A stretch of DNA of 63,265 bases, filler included, from Reticulomyxa filosa (taxonomy: Eukaryota > Protista > Foraminifera): the NCBI GenBank assembly GCA_000512085.1. It is 19 parts of 19 records of this genome, joined end to end, with 100 filler letters (N's around TTAATTAATTAA, not from the genome) between each part and the next. Parts side by side here need not be neighbours in the genome. Positions count along the whole stretch, not along the records: positions 1 to 9,671 come from ASPP01026723.1; positions 9,772 to 10,796 come from ASPP01003657.1; positions 10,897 to 11,942 come from ASPP01035685.1; 16 more parts are not named here. One strand, 5' to 3'. Positions 1-11,100 of this stretch are shown here, one piece after another. Both the position numbers and the translations under genes were made by a program. How positions within the stretch are numbered: position 1 is the first letter of the stretch; every line of letters begins with the position of its first letter. Below the pieces are notes generated by a model. The model was not told the DNA's origin. It made no database searches and saw only the letters and a list, made by a program, of their open reading frames with translations.

Positions 1-28
1 GTCCGAAAATTTCCAGAAAATGTATGCG

Positions 29-340
29 CTAATACTTTTCTGGATAACGTGATGTTGCTGATTTAAGTTCTTTGAGTAACGACAATCGTTGGCGTATTTG
101 TACACATGAATTTTCGTCGAATTTGCATATTTTTCTTCCACACATTTTCAAATGTGATTTCATCAATCTTCTTTTCTTCGTTTTGTTGCATACTTGAGCT
201 GTGTAATACAACTTGAAACCCTTTAATCCATCATCTGGCATCTTTCGTTTTATAGCTATTCGTTTTGTACCATTTATGTCGACGTCCATATCATTATTCA
301 ACGTCATTTTGGATTGTTGTTTGTTTCTGGTATCAGGCAT
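29..340 (-). CDS. Basic hypothetical protein, possibly transposon-derived
   Basis: 103-aa ATG-initiated Lys/Arg-rich ORF with no recognisable motif. It points inward from a TTAA-bounded terminus-like motif at 711-740. Confidence 0.25.
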   Translation of the reverse strand: MPDTRNKQQSKMTLNNDMDVDINGTKRIAIKRKMPDDGLKGFKLYYTAQVCNKTKKRRLMKSHLKMCGRKICKFDENSCVQIRQRLSLLKELKSATSRYPEKY

Positions 341-1710
341 ATCGATACTATATCCAATTCCATTTCCAATGCCATTCTTTTTTTGATATTTTAAAGACTA
401 AATTAAAACTTAAAATTTTTTTTCACTTGTTGTTGATTTTGTGTTAGTTTTTGATTTTTTTGTTTTTATTATAGTACTGTCCTTTTGGAACGATTTGCTC
501 ACTTTAACTCATATAAGATCTCATTCTTGCTAAAAAAAAAATGTTCTGTTTTTGTTAAGTATCAAAAACATGCTCACGTAATTTTGATATCTTCAAAAAT
601 CCAGAAATTTTCTCAGAATTTTTCGAATATCTTGATAATGTTTCACAATATCGTGAAAAAAATTTTTCAAGTGTGTTCCCTATTCCGGAAAATAAAAATT
701 TTTGCTCTGATTTGAGCGAGTAGACCAATGGTGGTCTTAAATTACTAATCACTTTATTTCTAAATAAATTTCAGATATCTACAAAACGCATTGCATTACA
801 TTCAGACATCAAAATAAGAATAAATTCACAAAGATGCGATTGGCATTGCAGCATTCAAACCTGAAATAATGCGATTATGTGAAGTATCTTGGATTCTCAT
901 GACTAATTGAAAAGCTACAATGAAACTTGTATATTTGACGTTCATACAAAAGCGTCAGATCATAAGAGACTATTGTAAATGATAATGTGGAGAATTCTTG
1001 GTGTAATGAACCACGACAAAGACAAGAAGATGTGATGTTATATCACATGTAAACTAAAAAAAAGAAAAACAAAGCAAAACATTGAAATAATTAAAGATGT
1101 AATAAAAAACCAAAATGATATAAAATAATAAATATCTTATTGCTGTTTAATGCCTTGAATTGAGTAAACAAATGCATTGTGTCCCCTTGTTAATCAAAAC
1201 TTTATAATCAAAAATTATTATGTATCAAGACAGTACAACGCAATACAATATAATTCTTGTTGTCGATCTCAATGCAATGTTTCTGACTTGTTACTAAAAT
1301 TTGAACTTAAAACACAAAAAGAAAAATCTTTTCCATGTATTCTTTGCTCATTTAATTTTTTTCTTTAATTGTCATATCAAATGATTTTTATCAATATGCC
1401 CGTTTTCTTTCTTGTTCAGCATTTGATTTCGATTTACTGTTGTATTTTTCTAGTAATCATTTATATATGTAGAAGTTTCTACGAATTTTGGGATACAATA
1501 TATTTCTCAATGTTCAGCTATTGCAAAAAATTTGTAATTAATATGCTCTGGTGAAATTCAGTTTTGAGCCACAAGTTGTCTATTTGTATTTTTTGCTTAT
1601 TCAAAAAAAGGCTGTCATAAGTTTGATTGTTAAGTGGCAAAAGAAATGTTTTGGGTCAGGTAACGGAATTGAATTGAAGTTAGTTTTAGCCATGCACATG
1701 ATATCTTTTT

Positions 1711-4018
1711 TCAAGGTTTGAATTGAGATGTGTCAACAAACTCCCATTGTTTGGATTGAGGTCCTTTGAGTGTCAACACTTTTTTATGATATTTGTACAA
1801 ACTTGTTTTGTGAACAATGCTGACCAAAGTCATCTTAATTTCCGTGCACTTGGTATAAAATTTGTCTTCCATATCTGCGCTAACAGCAGATGTACATTCA
1901 TCCAGCAATGCAAATTTTGGTTTGTGCAATAGACATCTAGCCATACCAATCCGTTGCCTTTCTCCGCCACTCAATCCTTGCACAGACTCCAATGAATCCA
2001 ATCCTCCACGTGATTCACAAACTGAGAACATGCCCACAAATTGGAGCATTTCGCTGTGTTATTTATTTTTCCATTCGTTTATTTTTTTTATTTTTTATTT
2101 CCTCTTCTCTTGTTTTTCTTGATTTTCTCAACTTCAATTGAGTGTCAGTAAACAACTCGGAGGACTTGGGGTATGTCAATTGTTGACGCAAAGTCAATCC
2201 AGGAACCATGTAAGGTCTTTGAGACAATAAAAACACCTGTTCCATGGAATGTGGAGCACGTATTTTACCATTAATCGGAGCCCAAAGTCCTGCGATTATT
2301 CGAAACAAAGAGGTCTTTCCACTGCCGTTGGGCCCAACAATGACCAAATGCTCACCTATTTCAGATAATAATAATAAAACATTTCGGCCTACAAACACAC
2401 ATATATCTCAATGGTATGTGCAAAGTGAACCTGGTTTGATAGCAAAGCTCAAATTCTCTACCAAAACTTCTCCCAAAGGAGTAGCGACAGAAACGTCAAT
2501 AAATTCAATGCAATCTTGAGTGGTGATAATGCTACGTTTTGGACTAAATTTGGGGTTTTTGACAATGCCATTGATTACTTGCTCCATTTGCACAATGCGA
2601 TGAGCCAGCCCATTGACCTCACTAATGCTTTTTCCGATTCGAAATACCCTCTCAAACAACTTTGTTAAAAAGGCTAACTCTTGAATCACAGTGGTCAAGT
2701 ATGATACCGTGTCTTCCTCACTATCTTGACTTTCGTTCTGTCCCATGCGTTGTTGTTTCAAATGTAAATGCACACAGATATATAGCTGTAATAATAAGAA
2801 CAATTATAAACATATATAACTTTCGTGTATTTGCCATTATAGATGGCAGGAATCATGGCCAGATAGCCCACCAAATTGCCAATTTCTCCAGTGAAATAAC
2901 TTCCAAACATTTCAGTGATCATTGTGCAATTGTAATAATTTTTGTAGTGTTCAATGCACGTGTCGTGATATTGATTCAGCAGCTGCTGTTCAATTTCCCC
3001 TCCATTTAGGATTTCAATTTCCTCCACGTATTCATTTACCTGTGAGTGCGTGTGTCGATAGCGTGCCTCATTCATCTGAATGCCTTCGGTGAGATCGCTA
3101 AACGACGGCGTCAAAAAGGTTACAATCCGTCGCGAGATATACGAGTATCCAATGGCCGTGATCAGTTCCTTCCATCCCATTTTCGACATGAGTGACAAAG
3201 ACAGCATAGCGACACCACCCACGGACCACAAGATGCTATTGTAAAGCTCTGCGAATTCGTGGGAAAACTTATCAATGTCATTGGTCACTCTTTGATCCAT
3301 GTGTTCCAACAGATGACATAACAGATAAGGACTATGTTTCAAGTACTCGTTTTGATAGTAATTCGTTAGGTTCACACGGATATGCAATCCAATGCGTTGC
3401 GTCAGACTGCTCATGCATTTGCCCAATATCGACGCGGGGATGCTATACAGCGCCAACTTCACTGTCAACGGAAACAGTGCGTCCCATCTCTTATGCGTCA
3501 AATGGCTCGCCAATTTCGAGTTGATCTTATTCACACGTCCACGTGCGTAATACCATCCGAACATTACCACTGGCAGGCACACTGTGTAGTAAAACGCCTT
3601 GTTGTTCCAATTGGGGTATATGCGCTTGCGTATGTACCACAGACTATTTGTTTGGTGGTTAATCGATATTTGCTTCTTCGTCCCCCTTTTTTTTTAATAC
3701 ATCCCTAGTCCCGATTACTTCATCTTACCTCCATTCTTGCTCCGTTTTTAGCTTTGCAAATTCTCTTTGATCTACGCTGTCTGGAAAAAGGGACTTGTTC
3801 GCCTTGGCCTTCTCCTCCAAAGACGTAACGGCTTCCATTGGGTAGATTATCTGTTTTGTTAAACTTCTTTCGTATTTGCGTCGGCGGTAGGCCCAAACTG
3901 CTAAGCCCGAGATTGCAGTTCCCCATATTGATATCACAAAGAGTCCTTTCGGATCACCCCAAGCCTTTTTCAATCTATCCGAGACTGTTAAAGGCGTTGG
4001 AGGGGGAGACACTGACAT
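1711..4018 (-). CDS. Peroxisomal ABCD-family half transporter (multi-exon)
   Basis: TM exon (2758-3582) with EAA-like motif NEARYRHTHSQVNEYVEEIEILNGGEIE; VATPLGEVLVENLSFAI; Walker A GPNGSGKTSLFRIIAGLW; QRPY Q-loop; signature LSGGERQRIGMAR; Walker B ALLDECTSAVS. Start taken at ATG 4018 (MSVSPPP); exon limits approximate. Confidence 0.9.
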
Positions 4019-4554
4019 GCTTATCGCCCCCCTTTTCTCCTCTCCAAAAACACAAAAGAGACCCCGCAGAAAAGCTGAGGCAAGGCTACTGCTTAAGTTC
4101 AACAAGGACATATACACTCATTAGTCGACCATTAGCATAAAAAAATTATATGTTAATCGTCTGGCAAACAAAGTAAACTTTTCACTCATTCCTTAACACT
4201 TATCTTTCTATTGAATCATAATATTTGTCAAGGTACTAGTACTATGAAGTCAGTTGCTTATTATATATAAATTTACAAGTTTCTGGTAACAGGTAAAGTA
4301 ACGTTTACTAGTATTCAAAAGTCTTTGAAAAATTTGCAGTTATGGGCCAATATTAAAAAATGATCATGTGCATTGAGTCTTATTGTTTAAATAATAGTTG
4401 GATTCTATATATTAATCTGTCAAAAACTCAAAACAGAAATAAAAATCAAAAACTTTGCACAAATAAAATTACAAAGCTAAAATTTAATTTCGTAATATAA
4501 AAAAAAGTTAAATTTACTTTTTAAATTTTTTTAAAAACTACGAAAGATACAATG

Positions 4555-4790
4555 TGTGGGTTTTCCTGCTGCTGAAAGAGGTGTGCAAACTGTAATACGA
4601 AAGGTTTTCGCTCTTTTGAGAAACTTAAAATAAAAGATTAATGATTTAAATAAAAGAGAAAATAAACAACAAGACTCAACAAGTGAAAGAAAAAAGACAA
4701 GTCGTGAAAGTGAACGGAGAATTTTATTCTAAAAACACACTAAAGTTCACTTGTAGTGCGCGAATTACTTATTACGACATCATGACTACA
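4555..4790 (+). mobile_element. Solo-LTR-like element, copy 1 (236 bp)
   Basis: Starts TGTGGG, ends ACTACA, with a perfect 4-bp flanking repeat AATG (4551-4554 / 4791-4794). Contains GTAATACGAAAG, the reverse complement of the family motif CTTTCGTATTAC, and AATAAA on this strand. Strand assigned to the AATAAA-bearing strand. Confidence 0.7.
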
Positions 4791-5009
4791 AATGCTAATT
4801 ATTTTTAAAAAGTATACACGTAACTTGAAAATTCCTAAAAAAGAAACAAGATTTAAAAACTTCTTCTGGTAATGCGTGTTTGATTTAAATATATCCATGC
4901 GAAATTTTGAAAAATTAGTGTTAAATTTTATTTTTCGTGAAGAAAATCGATTTTCTTAGATGTGCCACTTAGGTATTGCAGTTTTTTTGCAATCTACTGC
5001 AGCTGATCT

Positions 5010-5236
5010 TGTTAGGGCAAGTCCCTATTATAAGTATCTGAACGTCAAGGGAACGAAGGAATCCCCAGTAGGTTAAACTTCCTCAACAAACTTACTTCTT
5101 ACTTTGCTTTACTTTTCTTTTGTTATCTTGTTTTATTATTTAAATTACTTTCGTTTTACGAAATCCCTATTCTCTTCTTAGTAAACACCTCTCGTATTAC
5201 AGTTAGTGCACCAATACTATCAGCAGACGTCCCACA
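5010..5236 (-). mobile_element. Solo-LTR-like element, copy 2 (227 bp), inverted relative to copy 1
   Basis: Plus strand reads TGTTAGGG...TCCCACA with flanks ATCT/ACCT (3 of 4 match). Collinear with copy 3: CTGAACG, GGTTAAACnTCCTCAACAAACT, TCGTATTACAnTTAGTG, CCCACA. Confidence 0.7.
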
Positions 5237-5586
5237 ACCTAATTCTCCATACATATATAATCATTGGTTATGTTGCAATGCAAATTATAATACATAGTAT
5301 AACAAATTTTGTTTAAATGATTTTATAGCATGAAATTTTCAAGGATAATTTCGCTATTGACAAATAATCTAAATATATTGTGTTTTCACACTCAACATAT
5401 TTCTTCAATTGCACAAGTTTGCTTGCAAGATTTTGCCATGATTTTTCTCTTTTTATTTTTGGTTGATTTTGAATACTTTATCTTTTGAACTCAAAGTTTC
5501 GAGTGTGTAGAAAGAACAAAACGCAACGTAAATTAAGACGAAGAACACTCACAGCAGCCCTCAAAAAAAAGTACAATACAAGTATC

Positions 5587-7590
5587 ATGTCCGAAAAGGA
5601 AGAGAAAGCAATTCCTATTTGGGAAACAGAGGTATGGAAGCATCTGGAAGAAAATGCAAAGGATATTCCGAGCCATCATCTCCGCGACTTGTTGAACGAC
5701 AAAAAGCGAACAAGCGCATTGCAATTGAAGCATGACAACATTTGGGTGGACATGACCCGCCAAAATATCACATCAGAGGGTTTGAACCACTTGTTGAAAT
5801 TGGCTGAAAAAGCGAACATTGGGAACAAAATATACGATATGTATCGAGGAGGAATAATGAACGTCACCGAAGATCGAAAGGTGTTGCACATTGCTTTGCG
5901 AGCAGATAAAAATGATGCACACGTGCATAAGGCATATGCAAGTCTGGACAAAGAAATTCAATCTGTGTGGGCAGTTTTAGGTTTGAACCCAAACTTTTTT
6001 TCCTTTTTTTTTTTTTTTTTTAATTAAGCGTTTCCCCTCCAATTAAAAAAAAAAAAAAATAGATAAAATTAAGGACTTTTCGGAACGTGTAAGAAACGGA
6101 AAATTCAAGGGTTCCACGGGAAAACCCCTGCGCAATGTGATATCAATCGGGATTGGCGGAAGCTATTTGGGAGTGGAGTTTGTGTATGAAGCGCTACGGA
6201 ATAACGCGCAAGCCAGCGAACACGCAAGAGACCGCCACTTGCGCTTTTTCGCGAACATCGATCCCATTGCCTTTGGACGAGCGACACACGGTTTGGATCC
6301 AGAAGAGACATTGTGCGTGGTTGTGTCCAAGACATTTACAACAAGGGAGACCATGATGAATGCTCTTCTATGCAAAGAATGGTTGCTTACAGTTTTGTAC
6401 AAAAGAAGAGGAAAATATATATATGTATATATGTATATGTGTATGATATATGTTGCATACATGTGGAGAAAATATATGAATGATTTTGCAAAAATTAATA
6501 GAAATGCACGGAAAAAGGCTTGGGACAGCATTTGATAGCGGTGACAACGAATATCAAAGACGCGGTGAAGTTTGGCGTGTTGGAGGAAAACACATTTGAG
6601 TTTTGGGATTGGGTGGGCGGAAGATATTCGGTGTGCAGCGCCGTTGGAGTGTTGCCGTTGTCATTGCATTATGGATTTGCCACGATGCACGAGTTCTTGA
6701 AAGGTGCAAACGCAATAGACAAGCACTTTGTGGACGAACGAGACAACTTAGCAAAGAATATCCCCGCCATGCTTGGACTCTTTGGCGTGTGGAACAGCAC
6801 ATTCCTGAAGAGAAGCACGCGCGCATTGATCCCCTACTGCGAAGCCTTGTGTCGATTCCCTGCCCATGTTCAGCAATTGGATATGGAGTCCAATGGAAAG
6901 TCAGTCGCTGTTGATGGCACCCGTCTGCCTTTTGAGGCCGGTGAAATCGACTTTGGCGAGCCAGGTGTGTGTTGAACACGACATTTCTCTTATGTGTGGC
7001 GTTGCTTAAACAGCTTTGGTGACTTTTTGTTGTGCTGATAGGGACCAATGCACAACACAGCTTCTTTCAATTGATCCATCAAGGACGCACCGTTCCGGTG
7101 GATTTCATTGGATATGTCGATCTCAACTGTTAGACGGTGTCAAACGTGGAGGAAAGGACGAAGGCATTTTGAAAACCATTGCAAGCAATCATCACGAACT
7201 AATGTCAAACTTCTTTGCACAGGCAGATGCATTGGCCTTTGGAAAAGACCCAAAGAAACAGAAAAAGAAAACGCAATAAATAGCGTGTTGGCTGCTCATA
7301 AAACCTTTGCTGGAAATCGTCCAAGCACAATAATTTTGTTTGATGGAGCTTTGAATGCCTATAATTGTGGACAGTTGCTGAGCATATATGAACATAGAAC
7401 TGCCATCCAAGGATCCATTTGGCAAATCAATTCCTTTGATCAATGGGGAGTTGAACTTGGAAAAGTGTTAGGCAAAAAAGTGAGAACTTCCATTGACGCT
7501 TTTGTCACTGAAAAGAAGCTTCCTACTGATTACAGTCAAGCAACACTGAACTCACTTCAACACTACCTAACCAAAGGTGCTCGATTATAA
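5587..7590 (+). CDS. GPI: Glucose-6-phosphate isomerase with C-terminal PTS1-like ARL
   Basis: Motifs [97 protein letters not shown] introns at 5981-6062, 6392-6501 and 6965-7041. Two apparent 1-nt deletions (~7113, ~7252) must be corrected to keep frame. Confidence 0.96.
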
Positions 7591-8128
7591 CTTTTCTTGT
7601 TTTTCTTCTTTTAATAGCAGCTTTACAATTGTAAGCGATGATGAACAGTTTGATATCGATATATGTATTTGTTTTTGATTTGCTTTCAATTGCCTGTGTC
7701 ATATAAAAAAGGCAAGACAAGAAATTGTCAGTTTCGATCTGTTTTTAAACAGTGAATCAAAACTTCTATCAATATTTTATCTTTGTCATTAATAGACAAA
7801 AAGATTTAAAGATTATACTTTTACAATCCCGTTTGTTCATTAAAACTGTTTATTAACGACATTTCTATAGATATTCAAAATTAGGAAATGTTTGATGCTT
7901 GAAACTAGTTTATTGGACGGTTATAGAAAGACTCACATTTCTTGACAAGAAAATGGAATATTGTTTGTACATTTATGTGATTCCTTTCTTTGTCCTAATT
8001 TTAAGAAAAAAAAATGCATCCATTAACAAGATAATACCACATTTGGAGATTGTGAAGTAATTTTTGTCATAAGGTACAGATAGCCCTAGACCCACAAAGC
8101 CATTGCATATGTGAAGTGTTGCCGCAGA

Positions 8129-9671
8129 TTATTTTTCTTCCGAAGAAGGCAGCTCTAAGAGTTGGGCTTGTATATTGTCACGATCAATTTCCTTTTCTTT
8201 GCTTTCTGCTTCGTTTGAAGTCTCGCTTTTCAATTCGGTTTCAGTGCCTGATTCGGTGTCCCTTGGTGTATCATTTTCGCTTTTGCTTTCATTTTCGCGA
8301 CTGTCGCCTCGTTGATCCTCGGGTTTGGCCTTATGTTTATCTTTGCTCTCTAAAAGACCAGTGGAAATCTTGAGTTTATTCTTTACGGTTTTGGACTTGG
8401 TGTATTTGTATCGATGTTTGAAATTTCCAATTCCCGGAGAAATCTTGCCATGTTTCACGGCATCGACGCAAACACACCACAAATGAATTTGCGAATATCG
8501 CTCTGCCAAAGCTAACAGCGCGGCCCGGGACGCAACAAATGTAAGAACGATTATATCTTTTTCATTGGCCCCAAGCTTAGTGACAACACATACACACGTG
8601 CAATAATACATGTATCGATATGGTCAAATAAGACAAGACAAAAGAAGCAAAACTCGCAATAAGGCATCGATGATAGAATGCAACTCATTTTGGACGACGA
8701 CAGGATGAAACAACACAACAATCCTTGTTTTGATATCTTTGGGCAAGAATGCAATGGCTTGTCGACTGGACCGAATGATTCCATCTTTGTCCTGTGTGAA
8801 AGTCTCTTCTACTTTCAATGTGCCAACCGCACTTTTAATGATCGGACTGAAGGTTTGCAAAACAGTCTGCAACGCATGTTCACTACAGTCATTTAATGCA
8901 ACTCCGTATAGCCCTCGATCTGTATGTATTTGCATAGGGGACAATCATCTCCTGCAGCGACAAAAAGATAGAATGAAACAATAACACTGACTCCTTGCAT
9001 ACCTCCGATAATGGATGAAAATGGTAAATCGACAGAAGACTGTTTAGTGGTTTGAGAAAACGTTAATGGAAAATAATAGAGCTGTGACGATTTAAAAGCA
9101 GAGGACAGATCGGCTCCGCCACTGGACTCGGCTCCGAAATTGGCACTGTCGATGTCTCCAACGTGTCCAATTTCACAATAGTGAAATTGGAGGATTTGAT
9201 TGAACATTAATGTTAATACTTTTTGCGAAACAGCTCGAAATTTCTCAAAGTCTTTCGTTTCTTTGTCTCTTAACTGGAGTGATGTAGTGTTTGATGTGAG
9301 TAGCAACACAAGTGCATGCATGATACACACGACATGGACATAATATACGTACACAAAAAAAAAAACAAAAAAACTCAAACAATGGACAAATAAATCATAA
9401 TCATTGGCTCGTTTTTGCACAAATGGATTTGTGGAAAGTTTGTCGGAAATTCTTTGCTGTCAAAATAATTGTTTAATTCAAATAGTTCGTAGGTGTAATA
9501 ACCCTGACGAGGACCCCTTTCCGATCCCATCAATGACGACACCAACGGAAGCATGAAATTGAGTTTGTTTGTCGGCATTTGCAGAGAGGACGCGGAAGAA
9601 GAAGAAGGTATTGCGGAAGACGAGGCATTTACACGGGCCGATTGAATCACTCGTCTTTTTACCCCTTTTTT
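8129..9671 (-). CDS. Uracil phosphoribosyltransferase-like protein, degenerate active site, 5' partial
   Basis: LRDKETKDFEKFR (cf. LRDxxT..FR), LPKDIKTRIVVLFHP (cf. LPxDIxxRxVLLLDP), DIIVLTFVASRAAL, ISPGIGNFKHRY (cf. IxPGLGDFGDRY). Multi-exon with an acidic C-terminal tail. Confidence 0.65.
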
Positions 9672-9771
9672 NNNNNNNNNNNNNNNNNNNNNNNNNNNNN
9701 NNNNNNNNNNNNNNNTTAATTAATTAANNNNNNNNNNNNNNNNNNNNNNNNNNNNNNNNNNNNNNNNNNNN
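9672..9771. other. Artificial contig-joining spacer N44-TTAATTAATTAA-N44 (first of 18)
   Basis: Identical 100-bp spacer with a six-frame stop cassette at 9672-9771, 10797-10896, 11943-12042, 15098-15197, 25498-25597, 27132-27231, 28765-28864, 37084-37183, 39231-39330, 41102-41201, 42497-42596, 44276-44375, 45387-45486, 48641-48740, 49993-50092, 57816-57915, 60114-60213 and 61451-61550. Adjacency across spacers has no biological meaning. Confidence 0.98.
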
Positions 9772-10775
9772 GCGCTTCATTGTAGCACTTCAAAGCCAAG
9801 TACACCACGCCCAATTTGAACCGCATGCTCAAGTCGCTGGGATTGCGCTGTGCCAGAGCGAGCAGCCGATCCTTCGCCTCTTCGTACGCGCGCATGTCCA
9901 GCAGCAGAGTCACATACTCTGCGATGAGCGTCACGTCTTGTCCGTCTTGCGCCAGCAACGATGAAAACTGTTCTTTCGACTCCTGTACTGACAATAAAAA
10001 AAAAAAAAAAAAAGAAATATGTAATCTCTTTCTTATAATGGAGTGTACATTATTATCATAAAATCGTTAATGAGATTATTCGTAACATCATATCGTTGCA
10101 ACCCGCATAACAAAGCGGCGTACAATTTCTTGGCGGATTTGTTTTGCTTGTCCAAGGCCAGGATGGCTTCACACTGACTCAACGCTTCTTCCAATCGCTT
10201 CAAATGATGCAATGACACGGTCATCAACAGTCGACATTGGATTTCATCCAACGCAAATTCATGATGGACATGCGCATGTGCATGTGCATGTGCATGTGCG
10301 TGTGCATGACCGGCAGTGGGACCACTTGCTTTTTTCTTCGCCTCCGAAATCACGTCCATCGCCTTGCGGAACTGTTCCAATGCCAATTCGTTCTTCTCCT
10401 CGTTCAGATAGCCATTTCCTCTGGCCAAGAAGATTTTGGGTTGTTTGGACAACGCCGCGGACCATTCGTTGGTTTTCTTTACAATCCCATCCGCCGAGTA
10501 GCCTTTGATCACACATCGTCAATGCCATCATTTATTATTATTATTACTATTATTATTTTAATCAAAACAAAACAAAACAAAAAAAAAAAAAAGTAAAGTT
10601 TGGAAATTACCAATTCTCCACAAAGACAAAGCATAGGATAAAAACAAGCGATCATCATGGGGCGACAATTGGATTGCATTTTGATACAATTCGTCAATTT
10701 GTGCTCGAATGTGCCACATTTTGGCAACCAATGGATGTTGCCAAAATATGCGTTCTTCGGATGACATTTCTTCAT
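9772..10775 (-). CDS. TPR-repeat protein fragment with (His-Ala)n insert
   Basis: TPR-like helices (FLARGNGYLNEEKNELALEQFRKA; LHHLKRLEEALSQCEAILALD; FKLGVVYLALKCYNEA) over three exons. Truncated by spacers. Confidence 0.75.
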
Positions 10776-10950
10776 TGATATGTGTTTTTTCTTCTTNNNN
10801 NNNNNNNNNNNNNNNNNNNNNNNNNNNNNNNNNNNNNNNNTTAATTAATTAANNNNNNNNNNNNNNNNNNNNNNNNNNNNNNNNNNNNNNNNNNNNATAT
10901 TTTCCAAATTATCAAACAATTTTGATTGGATTTGATGGTTCACTTATATT

Positions 10951-11100
10951 GTGGGATATAAAATCAGGATATGGAACAAAGATATTAGATATAGACACAT
11001 TGGTATAACAGCAATAGCTATTTCTCCTAATGGTGATACATTCTTATTTTCTTCTGGTAATACAATTGAAATTTGGGAATGGTTGATGCGTTGCTGGGGA
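10951..11100 (+). pseudogene. Degenerate WD40 remnant
   Basis: KIRIWN...ITAIAISPNGDTFLFSSGNTIEIWEW resembles one WD40 unit; no intact gene context. Confidence 0.4.

Noticed and set aside
876-896. YVKYLGF resembling a reverse-transcriptase motif
   Set aside because: Isolated heptapeptide among stop codons with no other RT motifs.
7249-7255. Programmed -1 frameshift in GPI at CCCAAAG
   Set aside because: A second frameshift nearby has no slippery site, no strong downstream structure is evident, and similar homopolymer indels occur even in the bacterial contig.
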